A stretch of 64,000 nt of DNA, taken from NCBI GenBank assembly GCA_027451965.1, contig DAIDHJ010000001.1, positions 251,276-315,275 of the forward strand, read 5' to 3'. Positions 19,114 to 27,607 of the stretch are shown in pieces. How positions within the stretch are numbered: position 1 is the first letter of the stretch; every line of letters starts with the position of its first letter. The translations under genes and the position numbers were made by a program. Origin of the DNA: Candidatus Adlerbacteria bacterium. GTDB lineage: Bacteria > Patescibacteriota > Minisyncoccia > Phycocordibacterales > SBAW01. The notes beneath the pieces are model-generated. The model had not been told where the DNA came from, searched no databases, and was given only the letters and a program-made list of their open reading frames with translations.

Positions 19114-19265
19114 GCGAGTTTTAGTTTCGATTTAAAGCATCCCATCAACTCTCGCTTCTCCTCGTTGGTACCCTCTTTGAGTATGTACTTCGCGTAAGTG
19201 CGCAGGTCGATGTCCTCGTGCGTAGCGTCCGCTTTCGAGAAGTCGAGTACTGTGCGCTGGAAAAC
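19086..19265 (-). pseudogene. C-terminal remnant of a probable large serine recombinase
   Basis: DIDLRTYAKYILKEGTNEEKRELMGCFKSKL resembles, from recall, tails of Parcubacteria recombinase-family proteins; no credible start or catalytic domain. Confidence 0.5.
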
Positions 19266-19361
19266 CCTTATAGGGCTTGGAGTCTTGCGTACTAACTGTG
19301 ATATGCTCGCAGAAAGATTAAGAATATTATTTAATCTATACAAAAATATATTTTCATTTTT

Positions 19362-19763
19362 ATGAAAACATACGAACAATATCGTGAATACAGAAAACCC
19401 TCATGGGCGCCTCCAGCACGGCTTTTTGGTCCCGTATGGACCGTACTCTATATCCTTATCGCTATATCGTTTTGTTATGTCGGTTATCTATGGATTATTG
19501 GTCGTGTACCAATGCAAGTTGCATTACCGTTTATACTCAACCTCGTATTCAATTTTCTATTTACTACCGTTCAGTTTAAATGGCGGAATTTTAAAGCAGC
19601 TTTCATTGATATAATCTTTGTTTTAGGCACTCTTATATGGGCGATGATATCGATATGGCCAATAGAGCAGTGGGTAGTGTATATCAATATTCCATATGTT
19701 ATATGGGTATCGTTTGCAACGGTGTTGCAATTTAGTGTGACAAGGATGAACTCTCAGGTATAA
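19362..19763 (+). CDS. tspO: TspO/MBR family protein
   Basis: KPSWAPP..FGPVWTVLY, PYVIWVSFATVL. Confidence 0.93.
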   Translation: MKTYEQYREYRKPSWAPPARLFGPVWTVLYILIAISFCYVGYLWIIGRVPMQVALPFILNLVFNFLFTTVQFKWRNFKAAFIDIIFVLGTLIWAMISIWPIEQWVVYINIPYVIWVSFATVLQFSVTRMNSQV

Positions 19764-19770
19764 GCAAAGT

Positions 19771-20280
19771 ATGAGGAAAATTTGTGTTAACGATAAAATG
19801 CAACACGGTTACCAATATGAATTGGTAGAGCCGCCCGGAAGACATTTTGATCCTCGATTTAAACCAGAACTTACACCAAAACAAATGCTTACCCTCGGTG
19901 TGTTTGGTGGTGTGTATATGCGTGATTGCGTTAAAGAGTTTCCCAAGGAGTGGTTCTTGAAAGCTAAATTTCAGAAACAAGGTTCTTATGACCATGATCC
20001 TAAGCTCAATTTCTTCGGTGTTAATGCTAGCCAATCACTCTCAGTGTGGCGCAAGAAAAATTGGATTCATAAAGATGATCCGCGCGGCTGGTTTCAGTGG
20101 TACTGCCGATATTACATGGGGCGCCGTGGACCAGATGATGATCGGCAGATAAAACGCTGGATGGCGATTTATCGCCACATTGCTCAAATCAAAAAACATT
20201 GTCGTACTGGTGATTTCAATTGTCATCGGAAACAGAGACAAGCCCTACTTCATTGGGCGTATGACAGTAGAAAACTGTAA
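19771..20280 (+). CDS. Conserved-looking hypothetical basic/aromatic protein
   Basis: LTPKQML.LGVFGG.Y, DPRGWFQWYCRYYMGRR, RQALLHWAYD. Confidence 0.85.
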   Translation: MRKICVNDKMQHGYQYELVEPPGRHFDPRFKPELTPKQMLTLGVFGGVYMRDCVKEFPKEWFLKAKFQKQGSYDHDPKLNFFGVNASQSLSVWRKKNWIHKDDPRGWFQWYCRYYMGRRGPDDDRQIKRWMAIYRHIAQIKKHCRTGDFNCHRKQRQALLHWAYDSRKL

Positions 20281-20399
20281 ATTGTCTAAAATCTATTTAT
20301 TTCAGGTTACCTATCCCAAGCTCTCTTTCGGGAGTTATGCACACCTCTAGCAATAGGGTACTTGTAAGCATCATTATGCTGCTTTAAGATGTATAGGGT

Positions 20400-21158
20400 A
20401 TGAAAAATACTCCAGAAAATAAAGGGTATATAGGAGCGATACGCCTCCTACGGGATAAGCCAGAGTGGGCACCTATTATTGCCGCAGCCGTTGAAAGTGC
20501 AAAAACGATCAAGGGCGGATTTGCGGGTTCCTGGGTGCTCGATCTTGCAAAGCAAAAAGGAGTTTCCTGGATACCAGGCCTTCGTACGCTCGTCGCATAT
20601 GGCATTTTACAAAAAGAAGGAGCATCGACTCGCGGCGGTCGTCGAGCGTACTACACCATGCCCGATGTCGCAGGGGTAGAACAAGCACTCAATGAAATAC
20701 AAGTACCAAAGACCTTTACTCCGTATGCGGGATATCAAATAGGTGACTCCGGTGTCATACAAGCAACAAAAGTGCGCATACCATTTTTTGCGAACCTCGC
20801 AGCATGCGGAGGACCGAATATGAGTGAAGCGGTAGTCGATGATTACATCGATGTCGATACTCGTTTAGCACGTCCAGGACATCAGTACTATTTGGTACGC
20901 GCTGACGGAGATTCTATGGATCTTGCTGGCATACATTCAGGAGACTTTGTGCTCGTTCGAGTACAGAACCATGCAGATGTAGGACAGAAAGTAGTTGCAT
21001 CTCTTGCCGATGGAGTAACGATCAAGGAATTGCAGTACGGGGGAGATCACATCATTCTCATGCCTCGCTCGAGCAATACGGAACATAAACCAATGGTATT
21101 AAAAGATAACGTAGCGATTCAGGGTGTGGTAATCGGTACCATCCCTGGATTCAAATAA
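20400..21158 (+). CDS. LexA/UmuD-like S24 autopeptidase with atypical N-terminal wHTH-like domain
   Basis: AACG cleavage site, GDSM (Ser), TIKEL (Lys). Confidence 0.85.
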   Translation: MKNTPENKGYIGAIRLLRDKPEWAPIIAAAVESAKTIKGGFAGSWVLDLAKQKGVSWIPGLRTLVAYGILQKEGASTRGGRRAYYTMPDVAGVEQALNEIQVPKTFTPYAGYQIGDSGVIQATKVRIPFFANLAACGGPNMSEAVVDDYIDVDTRLARPGHQYYLVRADGDSMDLAGIHSGDFVLVRVQNHADVGQKVVASLADGVTIKELQYGGDHIILMPRSSNTEHKPMVLKDNVAIQGVVIGTIPGFK

Positions 21159-21162
21159 ATAT

Positions 21163-21288
21163 ATGTATCACCATATAGAAGAATCAATCATGCTGGGCGA
21201 GAATCTCCGTCGTAAGAAGATGCTGCAGGAGGTAATAAAAATGCGCAAAAAGGTCATTGATCGATTCAGCGTCATGTACGTAGGCTAA
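21163..21288 (+). CDS. 41-aa basic small protein (absent from the ORF track)
   Basis: MYHHIEESIMLGENLRRKKMLQEVIKMRKKVIDRFSVMYVG; starts 4 nt after the S24 gene stop. Confidence 0.5.
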   Translation: MYHHIEESIMLGENLRRKKMLQEVIKMRKKVIDRFSVMYVG

Positions 21289-21378
21289 ATAGCCTTGTAA
21301 TTCAAATGCTTTTTCCTTCCACAAGAATATACTGCTAGATCCTAATGGTATATCCTACCTGTGCTACGCTATATACAT

Positions 21379-22014
21379 ATGAAACGAATACTATATATAC
21401 TAAGCGCGCTCAGTATTACCCTTATGCCGGTCGGATTTGCATTTGCACAGGAGTGGGGAACACCACCACCTCCTCATATGCAACCCAATACCTCCAATGA
21501 ACAGCGGCAAGGACCCGGACCAGCAATGATGGGCGAACCGCAAAATACCCAGCAAGGTGAATACATGATGGGCGGACAACCAGGAGATGTTCAGCAAGGA
21601 GAGAACAGAATGCCACCTCCGCCACCGCAGTACTTGAACCAAGGTTCTTCAACAGACGCCAGCTCCACTCCAGGGAGGTATGGTATGCCCTGGATGCGAG
21701 GCATAAAGCGAGGCATTGAAGCACATTTCGGTACCACCACACCGCCAGGATTCTTCATGCATGCCAGCAGCTCAGACGCAGTTGGCAGCAGCTCACCCGA
21801 TCATCGCGGATGGCTTCCTCCTGTGCCGGGATTCTTGCAATGGCTTTTCTTCGGCAAGCAGAGTTCCACCACACAATCGCAACAGCAGCTTCCGCCACCT
21901 CCACAAAACCAACCAGAAAATAATACCAGTTCCTCAACACAGCCACAGCAACAATTACCCGGCCCAGCATCGTTCTGGAATGGATTCTTTGGACGCCTAA
22001 AAACCTTATTCTAA
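21379..22014 (+). CDS. Secreted low-complexity P/Q/G/S-rich protein
   Basis: Signal peptide ending AFA-Q; polyproline runs; aromatic amphipathic motifs. Confidence 0.8.
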   Translation: MKRILYILSALSITLMPVGFAFAQEWGTPPPPHMQPNTSNEQRQGPGPAMMGEPQNTQQGEYMMGGQPGDVQQGENRMPPPPPQYLNQGSSTDASSTPGRYGMPWMRGIKRGIEAHFGTTTPPGFFMHASSSDAVGSSSPDHRGWLPPVPGFLQWLFFGKQSSTTQSQQQLPPPPQNQPENNTSSSTQPQQQLPGPASFWNGFFGRLKTLF

Positions 22015-22100
22015 GCATCTTTTGACCGCTACTCTATTCTGTTCTAGAGTGCCCTGCAGAGTAGTACACTAGCTATACCTTCCAAGAAAGGAGCTCATAT

Positions 22101-23072
22101 ATGGACTGGACACAACCGGCATACAATCGATTGCCCGACCCGCTGTTTGAGTTTCCCGTCGATGATTTTAGCTTGCCAGTCATTGAGCTGCCTGCTGAAA
22201 TATTTCTTTCGTCGCCACTCCACGGCAAGCAGATACGTATTTACGCCTTGCTCGGATTCATGGCGCCCCCGGGAAACATCAAGCGTATTCCCGCGGGATA
22301 CACGATCGAGAAACTCATCGAGCGGGGCGAGCTCAAACCAGGAGACGGAGTGATTGATTCTTCTTCGGGGAACTGGGGAGTTTCTGTCGCGTTCTACGGA
22401 AAGCGGTATAACCTCCGGGTGATCATTGTCGTTTCAGACAAGGTCCCTGAAGGGAAACTTCTTCCGATTCGGCGGCAAGGAGCAACCATCCTCAAAGAGT
22501 CAGAAGCGGTCAAAGCGCTCGGTCTGGAGAACTCTCCGGGTTGTATGGAACTTGCTCGTCTCTATGCTGAAAAGCATGGATTGAATTATCTCAATCAGTA
22601 CGGCAATCCGCTCAACCCTGAAAGTTACGAAGTGCTGGTAGCGCCTCACCTGTACGAAGGAACCAAGGGAAACATAAGCCTTTCGGTTTCTGCGACGGGT
22701 ACGAGAGGAACACAACTCGGGTTGGGACGGTACTTCAAGAAACAAAACAAAACCTTCCAAATCGTTTCCACCTTCCCGTATCTGGGACAAGAGATCGAGG
22801 GTACTCGAGACGAACGCCGGCTCAAAGAAGTGAATCAGCCGGATATTGCTGACTATCGAGATCCGATCGATCATCGCGTCGCACGGGCAGCCAGCGCTTT
22901 TCTCAACGAAAAGGGCATCCCCGCCGGACCAAGCTCCGGCGCCGCGCTCGGCTCACTCGAGCATTATCTGCTCCAGCGTGTGGTGGCGGGAACGCTTGAT
23001 GAACTGCGCAGTCCGGATGGCACCATTGGCGCCATCCTCACCTTCGCTGATACGCTCTATCCGTACAGTTAG
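22101..23072 (+). CDS. Divergent PLP-dependent cysteine-synthase-fold enzyme
   Basis: GNIK (PLP Lys), SSSGN, NQYGNP, GTRGT, GPSSGA; AAGGAG SD. Confidence 0.85.
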   Translation: MDWTQPAYNRLPDPLFEFPVDDFSLPVIELPAEIFLSSPLHGKQIRIYALLGFMAPPGNIKRIPAGYTIEKLIERGELKPGDGVIDSSSGNWGVSVAFYGKRYNLRVIIVVSDKVPEGKLLPIRRQGATILKESEAVKALGLENSPGCMELARLYAEKHGLNYLNQYGNPLNPESYEVLVAPHLYEGTKGNISLSVSATGTRGTQLGLGRYFKKQNKTFQIVSTFPYLGQEIEGTRDERRLKEVNQPDIADYRDPIDHRVARAASAFLNEKGIPAGPSSGAALGSLEHYLLQRVVAGTLDELRSPDGTIGAILTFADTLYPYS

Positions 23073-23077
23073 AACAC

Positions 23078-23107
23078 AAGACCGCCAGTACTGGCGGTCT
23101 TTTTTTA
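23078..23107 (+). terminator. Intrinsic terminator (perfect 24-bp palindrome plus U-tract)
   Basis: AAGACCGCCAGTACTGGCGGTCTT followed by a T run. Confidence 0.85.
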
Positions 23108-23157
23108 GAGCAAGATTCGGATTTCCATGAGAAGGTAACTCACGTATGCTGTGGCAT

Positions 23158-23982
23158 ATGGCGCAGTACCACACTATCGCTAAGGCACTTGCGTACCTGT
23201 ACGAACATCAAGAGGAACAGCCGACATTAGCTGCAGTAGCTCGGCATGTACATCTCAGTCCGTATCATTTTCAGCGGCTATTTACCCAATGGGCGGGAGT
23301 AAGTCCAAAAACATTTCTGCAGTATCTCAGCATTGAACGGGCGAAAGGGCTTCTCGCATATCATTCAACCCTTCGTGCAGCTCACAAGGCAGGACTCTCC
23401 GGTACCGGACGACTGCATGACCTCTTTATGCATATCGAAGGCATGACTCCCGGGGAGTATAAACGGGGAGGAGCAGGTCTCACTATTGCCTACACCTGTG
23501 GCATTTCACCGTTTGGTACGTATCTCGTTGCCGCTACAGCAAAAGGCGTTTGCAATCTGTTTTTCTATGACGGCACCGCCAAGCATGCCATAGCACAGCT
23601 GCGATCATACTGGCCGCAGGCACGGCTGATGCATAAGAAAGTGCCACTGCATGCTGCGGTGCATACGCTCCTTACGACAAAAAAACGCACTCGCATACTG
23701 TTACACGTGCGTGGCACGCCGTTTCAACTCAAAGTCTGGCAGGCGCTCCTCTCTATTCCAGAAGGATCGCTCGCCTCATACCAGCAGGTTGCGCGTGACG
23801 TTAAAGCGGTGAACGCTTCACGAGCAGTAGGGAACGCCGTCGCGCATAATCCGGTGGCATACCTTATCCCATGCCACCGCGTCATCAAAACGCTGGGCGT
23901 GATCGGTTCATATCATTGGGGCGAAGCGCGAAAGCTAGCACTTATCGGCACGGAAGCGGCACGGACGCATACATCGCATTGA
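23158..23982 (+). CDS. AraC-HTH + methylated-DNA-protein-cysteine methyltransferase (Ada/Ogt-like)
   Basis: LSPYHFQRLF..WAGVSPK, GTPFQLKVW, RAVGNA, PCHRV. Confidence 0.93.
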   Translation: MAQYHTIAKALAYLYEHQEEQPTLAAVARHVHLSPYHFQRLFTQWAGVSPKTFLQYLSIERAKGLLAYHSTLRAAHKAGLSGTGRLHDLFMHIEGMTPGEYKRGGAGLTIAYTCGISPFGTYLVAATAKGVCNLFFYDGTAKHAIAQLRSYWPQARLMHKKVPLHAAVHTLLTTKKRTRILLHVRGTPFQLKVWQALLSIPEGSLASYQQVARDVKAVNASRAVGNAVAHNPVAYLIPCHRVIKTLGVIGSYHWGEARKLALIGTEAARTHTSH

Positions 23983-24014
23983 TTCGCACTGCGGATTGGC
24001 TTACAGTAAGAACG

Positions 24015-25259
24015 ATGCCCAAGCTCATTGCTCGTATTTCTGTTGCATTCCTCTCTCTCCTCATCCTCGCACTCACCTTTATTCTGCCGCTGCGTTCCAT
24101 CCGTGCCCATGCTCAGCAGGTGGCGACTACACAAAATCCAAACAGCGCTCAAATCGCCCAGCTGCAACAGGAAATCGCCCAGCTGCAAACGCTCATTGAT
24201 TTCACCAAACAACAAAAACAGACACTCCAGACGGCTATCAAAGGTCTCAATCTCAACATAGAGGTAATAGGGAAGCATGTAGCGCTTACTCAGGCGCAAA
24301 TTAATCAAACCACGCAAGAGATCGGCGTGCTCTCTGGAAACATCTCGACTACCAATGGAAAAATTTCTTCTGAACAGCAGGGAGTAGCAACCACGCTTAA
24401 GCAGCTCAATGAACTGGATGCCGAACCCCTCTCAGTGATGCTGCTCTCCGGTACGTCTCTTTCGGCATTCTTTGGACAGGAAAGCAATCTCGCTGCCGTA
24501 CGAGATGGGCTGGATACGCAGATCCACAATCTCGGCATTTTGGAAGGAAGCTTACAGACCACTAAGTCTGCGGATGAACAGACGCGCCAGCAGCTCACGA
24601 CGCTCCATCAAACGCTGGCAAGTCAGGAAGAAAATCTTGCCGCGGCACGCAATGCGAAAACACAACTACTCGCGGAGACAGACAACAAAGAATCTAATTA
24701 CGAAACATTGCTTACTGAAGCGAAAGCGCAGCTTGCCAGCTTCTCCGCCTTCACCCAGAATGCTGGAGGATCAAAACTGCTCGGCAATCAGACAAGTTGC
24801 GACGCGTGGGGATGCTATTACAACCAACGCGATACTGCATGGGGAAGCGACTCACTCAACGGCACAAAGTACGATCTTGCCAGCGATGGCTGTCTTATCA
24901 CCTCTATGGCCATGGTATTCACGCATTATGGCTACAAAGATGTAACGCCGGTCACTATCAATGCGAATCCGAACAACTTCGCATCCTATTTTCCGGCGTA
25001 TTTGCTCTATACCATTTACGCTGACGGCGTGAGTGCGACCAGAAGAGTGGCAAGTATCGATCGAACACTCGCCGGAGGCGATCCGGTTATCGTGGGACTG
25101 CATGCCTATGGTGGTACTCACTTTGTGGTACTTACGCAAGGAAGCCACGGCAATTATATTATGCGCGATCCTTACGTTGCCGATGGAAAAGATATTCCAT
25201 TTTCTAGCCATTATTCGCTGCGAGAAATCTATTACGCGGCAAAAGTGATTATCGGTTAA
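24015..25259 (+). CDS. Secreted coiled-coil protein with C39-like cysteine peptidase domain
   Basis: Signal, PcsB/CwlO-like coiled coil, YNQRD..W, GCLITS, HFVV, DP. Confidence 0.85.
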   Translation: MPKLIARISVAFLSLLILALTFILPLRSIRAHAQQVATTQNPNSAQIAQLQQEIAQLQTLIDFTKQQKQTLQTAIKGLNLNIEVIGKHVALTQAQINQTTQEIGVLSGNISTTNGKISSEQQGVATTLKQLNELDAEPLSVMLLSGTSLSAFFGQESNLAAVRDGLDTQIHNLGILEGSLQTTKSADEQTRQQLTTLHQTLASQEENLAAARNAKTQLLAETDNKESNYETLLTEAKAQLASFSAFTQNAGGSKLLGNQTSCDAWGCYYNQRDTAWGSDSLNGTKYDLASDGCLITSMAMVFTHYGYKDVTPVTINANPNNFASYFPAYLLYTIYADGVSATRRVASIDRTLAGGDPVIVGLHAYGGTHFVVLTQGSHGNYIMRDPYVADGKDIPFSSHYSLREIYYAAKVIIG

Positions 25260-25309
25260 CAAAGAAAACGGCCGGGAATATCCGGTCGTTTTTCATGTAC
25301 CGCATATGT

Positions 25310-25615
25310 TTAGCGGCGGATGATGGTAATGGTTATTTGGAGAATGTCCATGAGATCCTTTCTGAGATCTTCCATCCGTTGATTCCTGATGAGGTAGTGC
25401 TCATTTTTTGAACAGTGGACCACAATGCGTGTGCCGGCAGAAAAGGGGTATATGCCGAGTGAATTATGCCACCGTTCCTGAAGCAGGTTTGACCAGTTAC
25501 CAGGCGCTCTACTGAGGGGTGTTTCCGGAATCCAGGCTTGTATCAAGCGTTCCGCACCCATCGGTTGAATAGTGCCTCGCTCTTCAGGGACGGCACGTTT
25601 TTTTGATCGATGCAT
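25310..25615 (-). CDS. Hypothetical protein (ORFan cassette)
   Basis: AGGAG SD; terminator AAAACGGCCGG..CCGGTCGTTTT at about 25265-25293. Confidence 0.55.
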   Translation of the reverse strand: MHRSKKRAVPEERGTIQPMGAERLIQAWIPETPLSRAPGNWSNLLQERWHNSLGIYPFSAGTRIVVHCSKNEHYLIRNQRMEDLRKDLMDILQITITIIRR

Positions 25616-25662
25616 TGCACAACTCCTGCAATGAAAGGAAAGTGCTCTGCTGCAATAGTACG

Positions 25663-26367
25663 CTATGCTGCTCGAATAATAAAGAAAGGAGTCATCTCTG
25701 CACCTTGTCCTGCAGGATTGTCTCGCAGGACTTCCTGGATAAATGATTCGGATATCGCACGATTCGATTTTCCGAGTGAAAACGCACCGATATAGTTTGC
25801 ATCTACGATGACCGTATCATAGCCGAACAGGTCGCGTAATTCCCGCGCAACACGATCAGGATGAAGCGGCGCGCGTTTTGCATAGCGGGTATACGGTTCC
25901 AGATCCCATGACATAGGACAATCCACCGATTTGGCGAGTTTTCCACTGATGCGGTAGAACATACCTTTAATCCCAAGCGGTTTAGTAAGTGCGGCAACGA
26001 AGGCGGCGAACAACACGCGTAAGACCCCCGCTTCTTCTATGAACAGCTGCATGCCCTCCGGAGTGCCATGTCCGTAGCCGCGAAACTCTTTGGTATTTCG
26101 TTTGTTGTCGACATGGTCGGAGAGGAATTGCGCGAGCCGTGATGCATGCACCGATGCTATCGGTATGATCCGGTCTTGCACCGTCGCGACGATTTTTTCG
26201 CTAATGAAGATGACATCTTTTTGCTGTGCATGCGGCAGCACGTATTCCCGCACGAGATCCGGTAACGTATCCTTGTTGGTGATAAGCCGTGTCTTGATAG
26301 GGAGGCGCAGGTAGGCCCGGCCCTGTACCGTGCGCTCGAGCAGTTTTCCCTGATTTGGTTCTAGCAT
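25663..26367 (-). CDS. CofE (F420-0:gamma-glutamyl ligase)-family amide ligase
   Basis: PIKT.LIT, ISEKIVA, IVDAN, DNPAGQG.E.TPF. Confidence 0.8.
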   Translation of the reverse strand: MLEPNQGKLLERTVQGRAYLRLPIKTRLITNKDTLPDLVREYVLPHAQQKDVIFISEKIVATVQDRIIPIASVHASRLAQFLSDHVDNKRNTKEFRGYGHGTPEGMQLFIEEAGVLRVLFAAFVAALTKPLGIKGMFYRISGKLAKSVDCPMSWDLEPYTRYAKRAPLHPDRVARELRDLFGYDTVIVDANYIGAFSLGKSNRAISESFIQEVLRDNPAGQGAEMTPFFIIRAA

Positions 26368-26390
26368 ACCTAGCACTATAATACAGATAT
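26368..26390. promoter_or_regulatory. Bidirectional leaderless -10 promoter
   Basis: ACTATAAT gives TATAAT(+) 8 nt before the panD-like ATG and TATAGT(-) 7 nt before the cofE-like ATG. Confidence 0.7.
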
Positions 26391-26756
26391 ATGCAGATAC
26401 GTGTGTGCATGGCAAAAATCCACCGCGCAACCGTCACCCAAGCAGACCTTAATTACGTGGGATCTATTACCATTGACGCGAAGCTCCTGGAAGCCAGCGG
26501 TATCCGTCCGTTTCAAATGGTAAACATCACCAATCTTGCAAACGGTGTGCTGTGGCAGACCTATGCTATCGCCGGCAAGCCGGGAGAAATGTGCCTCAAT
26601 GGTCCTCCGGCTCGACATTTTCAGCCAGGAGATAAAATCATCGTTATTGCCGATGCGTACATTACGCCGGAAGAATTACCCGAGCTTAATCCGACTGTCG
26701 TCTTTGTCGATGAACAGAATGCAATTACTGAGATAAAGCGACATAAAGCACTATGA
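26391..26756 (+). CDS. panD: PanD-family pyruvoyl decarboxylase with altered substrate pocket
   Basis: K9, H11, G24-S25 and T57-Y58 kept; R54->L, E42->Q, NGAAA->NGPPA. Confidence 0.85.
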   Translation: MQIRVCMAKIHRATVTQADLNYVGSITIDAKLLEASGIRPFQMVNITNLANGVLWQTYAIAGKPGEMCLNGPPARHFQPGDKIIVIADAYITPEELPELNPTVVFVDEQNAITEIKRHKAL

Positions 26757-27208
26757 CGAGAACTATCGTTTTTGTTTTTCTCATTGCACTGTTAATCTTC
26801 TTGGGTATCGTACTCCTTATGCCACATACAACTGTCGCGCCAAGCGCATTGCCGACTCAGCAAATTACCATCGCAACAACCACACTCGCTGTCGAAGTGG
26901 CGCATACACCCACCGCTCGCGAGCAAGGTCTCTCTGGCCGTACTGGCTTGCCGGAAGGAAGAGGTATGCTATTCGCATTCGATACGCCAGGGGAGTACGG
27001 ATTCTGGATGAAGGATATGCAATTTCCGCTTGATATCATTTTTATCGACCAAAATCTCCATGTGATAAACATAGACAGCGATCTGTCACCGGCAACCTAT
27101 CCGCAGGTTTTTTATCCTCCTACCCCTGCATTGTATGTGCTTGAAGTTCCTGCTGGATTTGCAGCTACGCACGCTATTGTTCCAGGTTCTTCCGTTGTGC
27201 TACACTAA
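26753..27208 (+). CDS. DUF192 protein
   Basis: REQGLSGR, GMLF, FWMKDMQFPLDIIF, YVLEVPAG; ATGA overlap with panD. Confidence 0.92.
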   Translation: MTRTIVFVFLIALLIFLGIVLLMPHTTVAPSALPTQQITIATTTLAVEVAHTPTAREQGLSGRTGLPEGRGMLFAFDTPGEYGFWMKDMQFPLDIIFIDQNLHVINIDSDLSPATYPQVFYPPTPALYVLEVPAGFAATHAIVPGSSVVLH

Positions 27209-27214
27209 GCCCCA

Positions 27215-27505
27215 GCGCGTTGGACAGCAGCTCCTGCAAGGGAGAGGAAAGTCCGAACACTTGCCGAGATATTTCTCGGATCGGTAGCAGGTAACCCCTG
27301 CCATACGCTTCTAGTGGGCGTAAGAGGTGCGAACAGAGACGAGTCTTCGTGGAAACGCGAAGGGTGAAACGGCTAAATCCTTACTTGAGTGCAAGGCCGT
27401 GCCCCGCAAGGGGAGTGCCGCTGGAGCCGGGTGGTGACATCTGGCCAAGATAAATTGCTGTCATGTCTGCGCTGTCAGACAACAGAATTCGGCTTACAAA
27501 CGCGC
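27215..27505 (+). ncRNA. rnpB: RNase P RNA (compact, ~290 nt)
   Basis: GAGGAAAGTCC, GGGTGAAACGG, ACAGAATTCGGCTTA; P1 GCGCGTT/AACGCGC. Confidence 0.95.
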
Positions 27506-27520
27506 GTACTAGGATATGTG

Positions 27521-27546
27521 AACGCCCCGCACACCGCGGGGCGTTT
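27521..27546 (+). terminator. rnpB terminator
   Basis: AACGCCCCGC..GCGGGGCGTT. Confidence 0.7.
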
Positions 27547-27607
27547 GCGTATGCAAAAACACGCTATACTGGATGATAATTACTGTAGTAATCAATGTAT
27601 TGTGTCT

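Larger units (their letters stand above)
16444..19265. mobile_element. Decayed integrative island 3' of tRNA-Ser (defence cargo plus recombinase remnant)
   Basis: Non-housekeeping cargo directly after the tRNA and a truncated recombinase-like tail; no attR duplicate found. Confidence 0.5.

Noticed and set aside
16420-19360. attL/attR direct repeat bounding the island
   Set aside because: No copy of the tRNA-Ser 3' end was found by eye, so boundaries remain approximate
20335-20343. DnaA-box-like TTATGCACA (similar single boxes near 34363 and 57605) as oriC
   Set aside because: Isolated boxes with no cluster and no dnaA/dnaN nearby
27389-27607. N-terminal extension of the 843-aa ORF
   Set aside because: Overlaps RNase P RNA and its terminator; the real start is probably 27608
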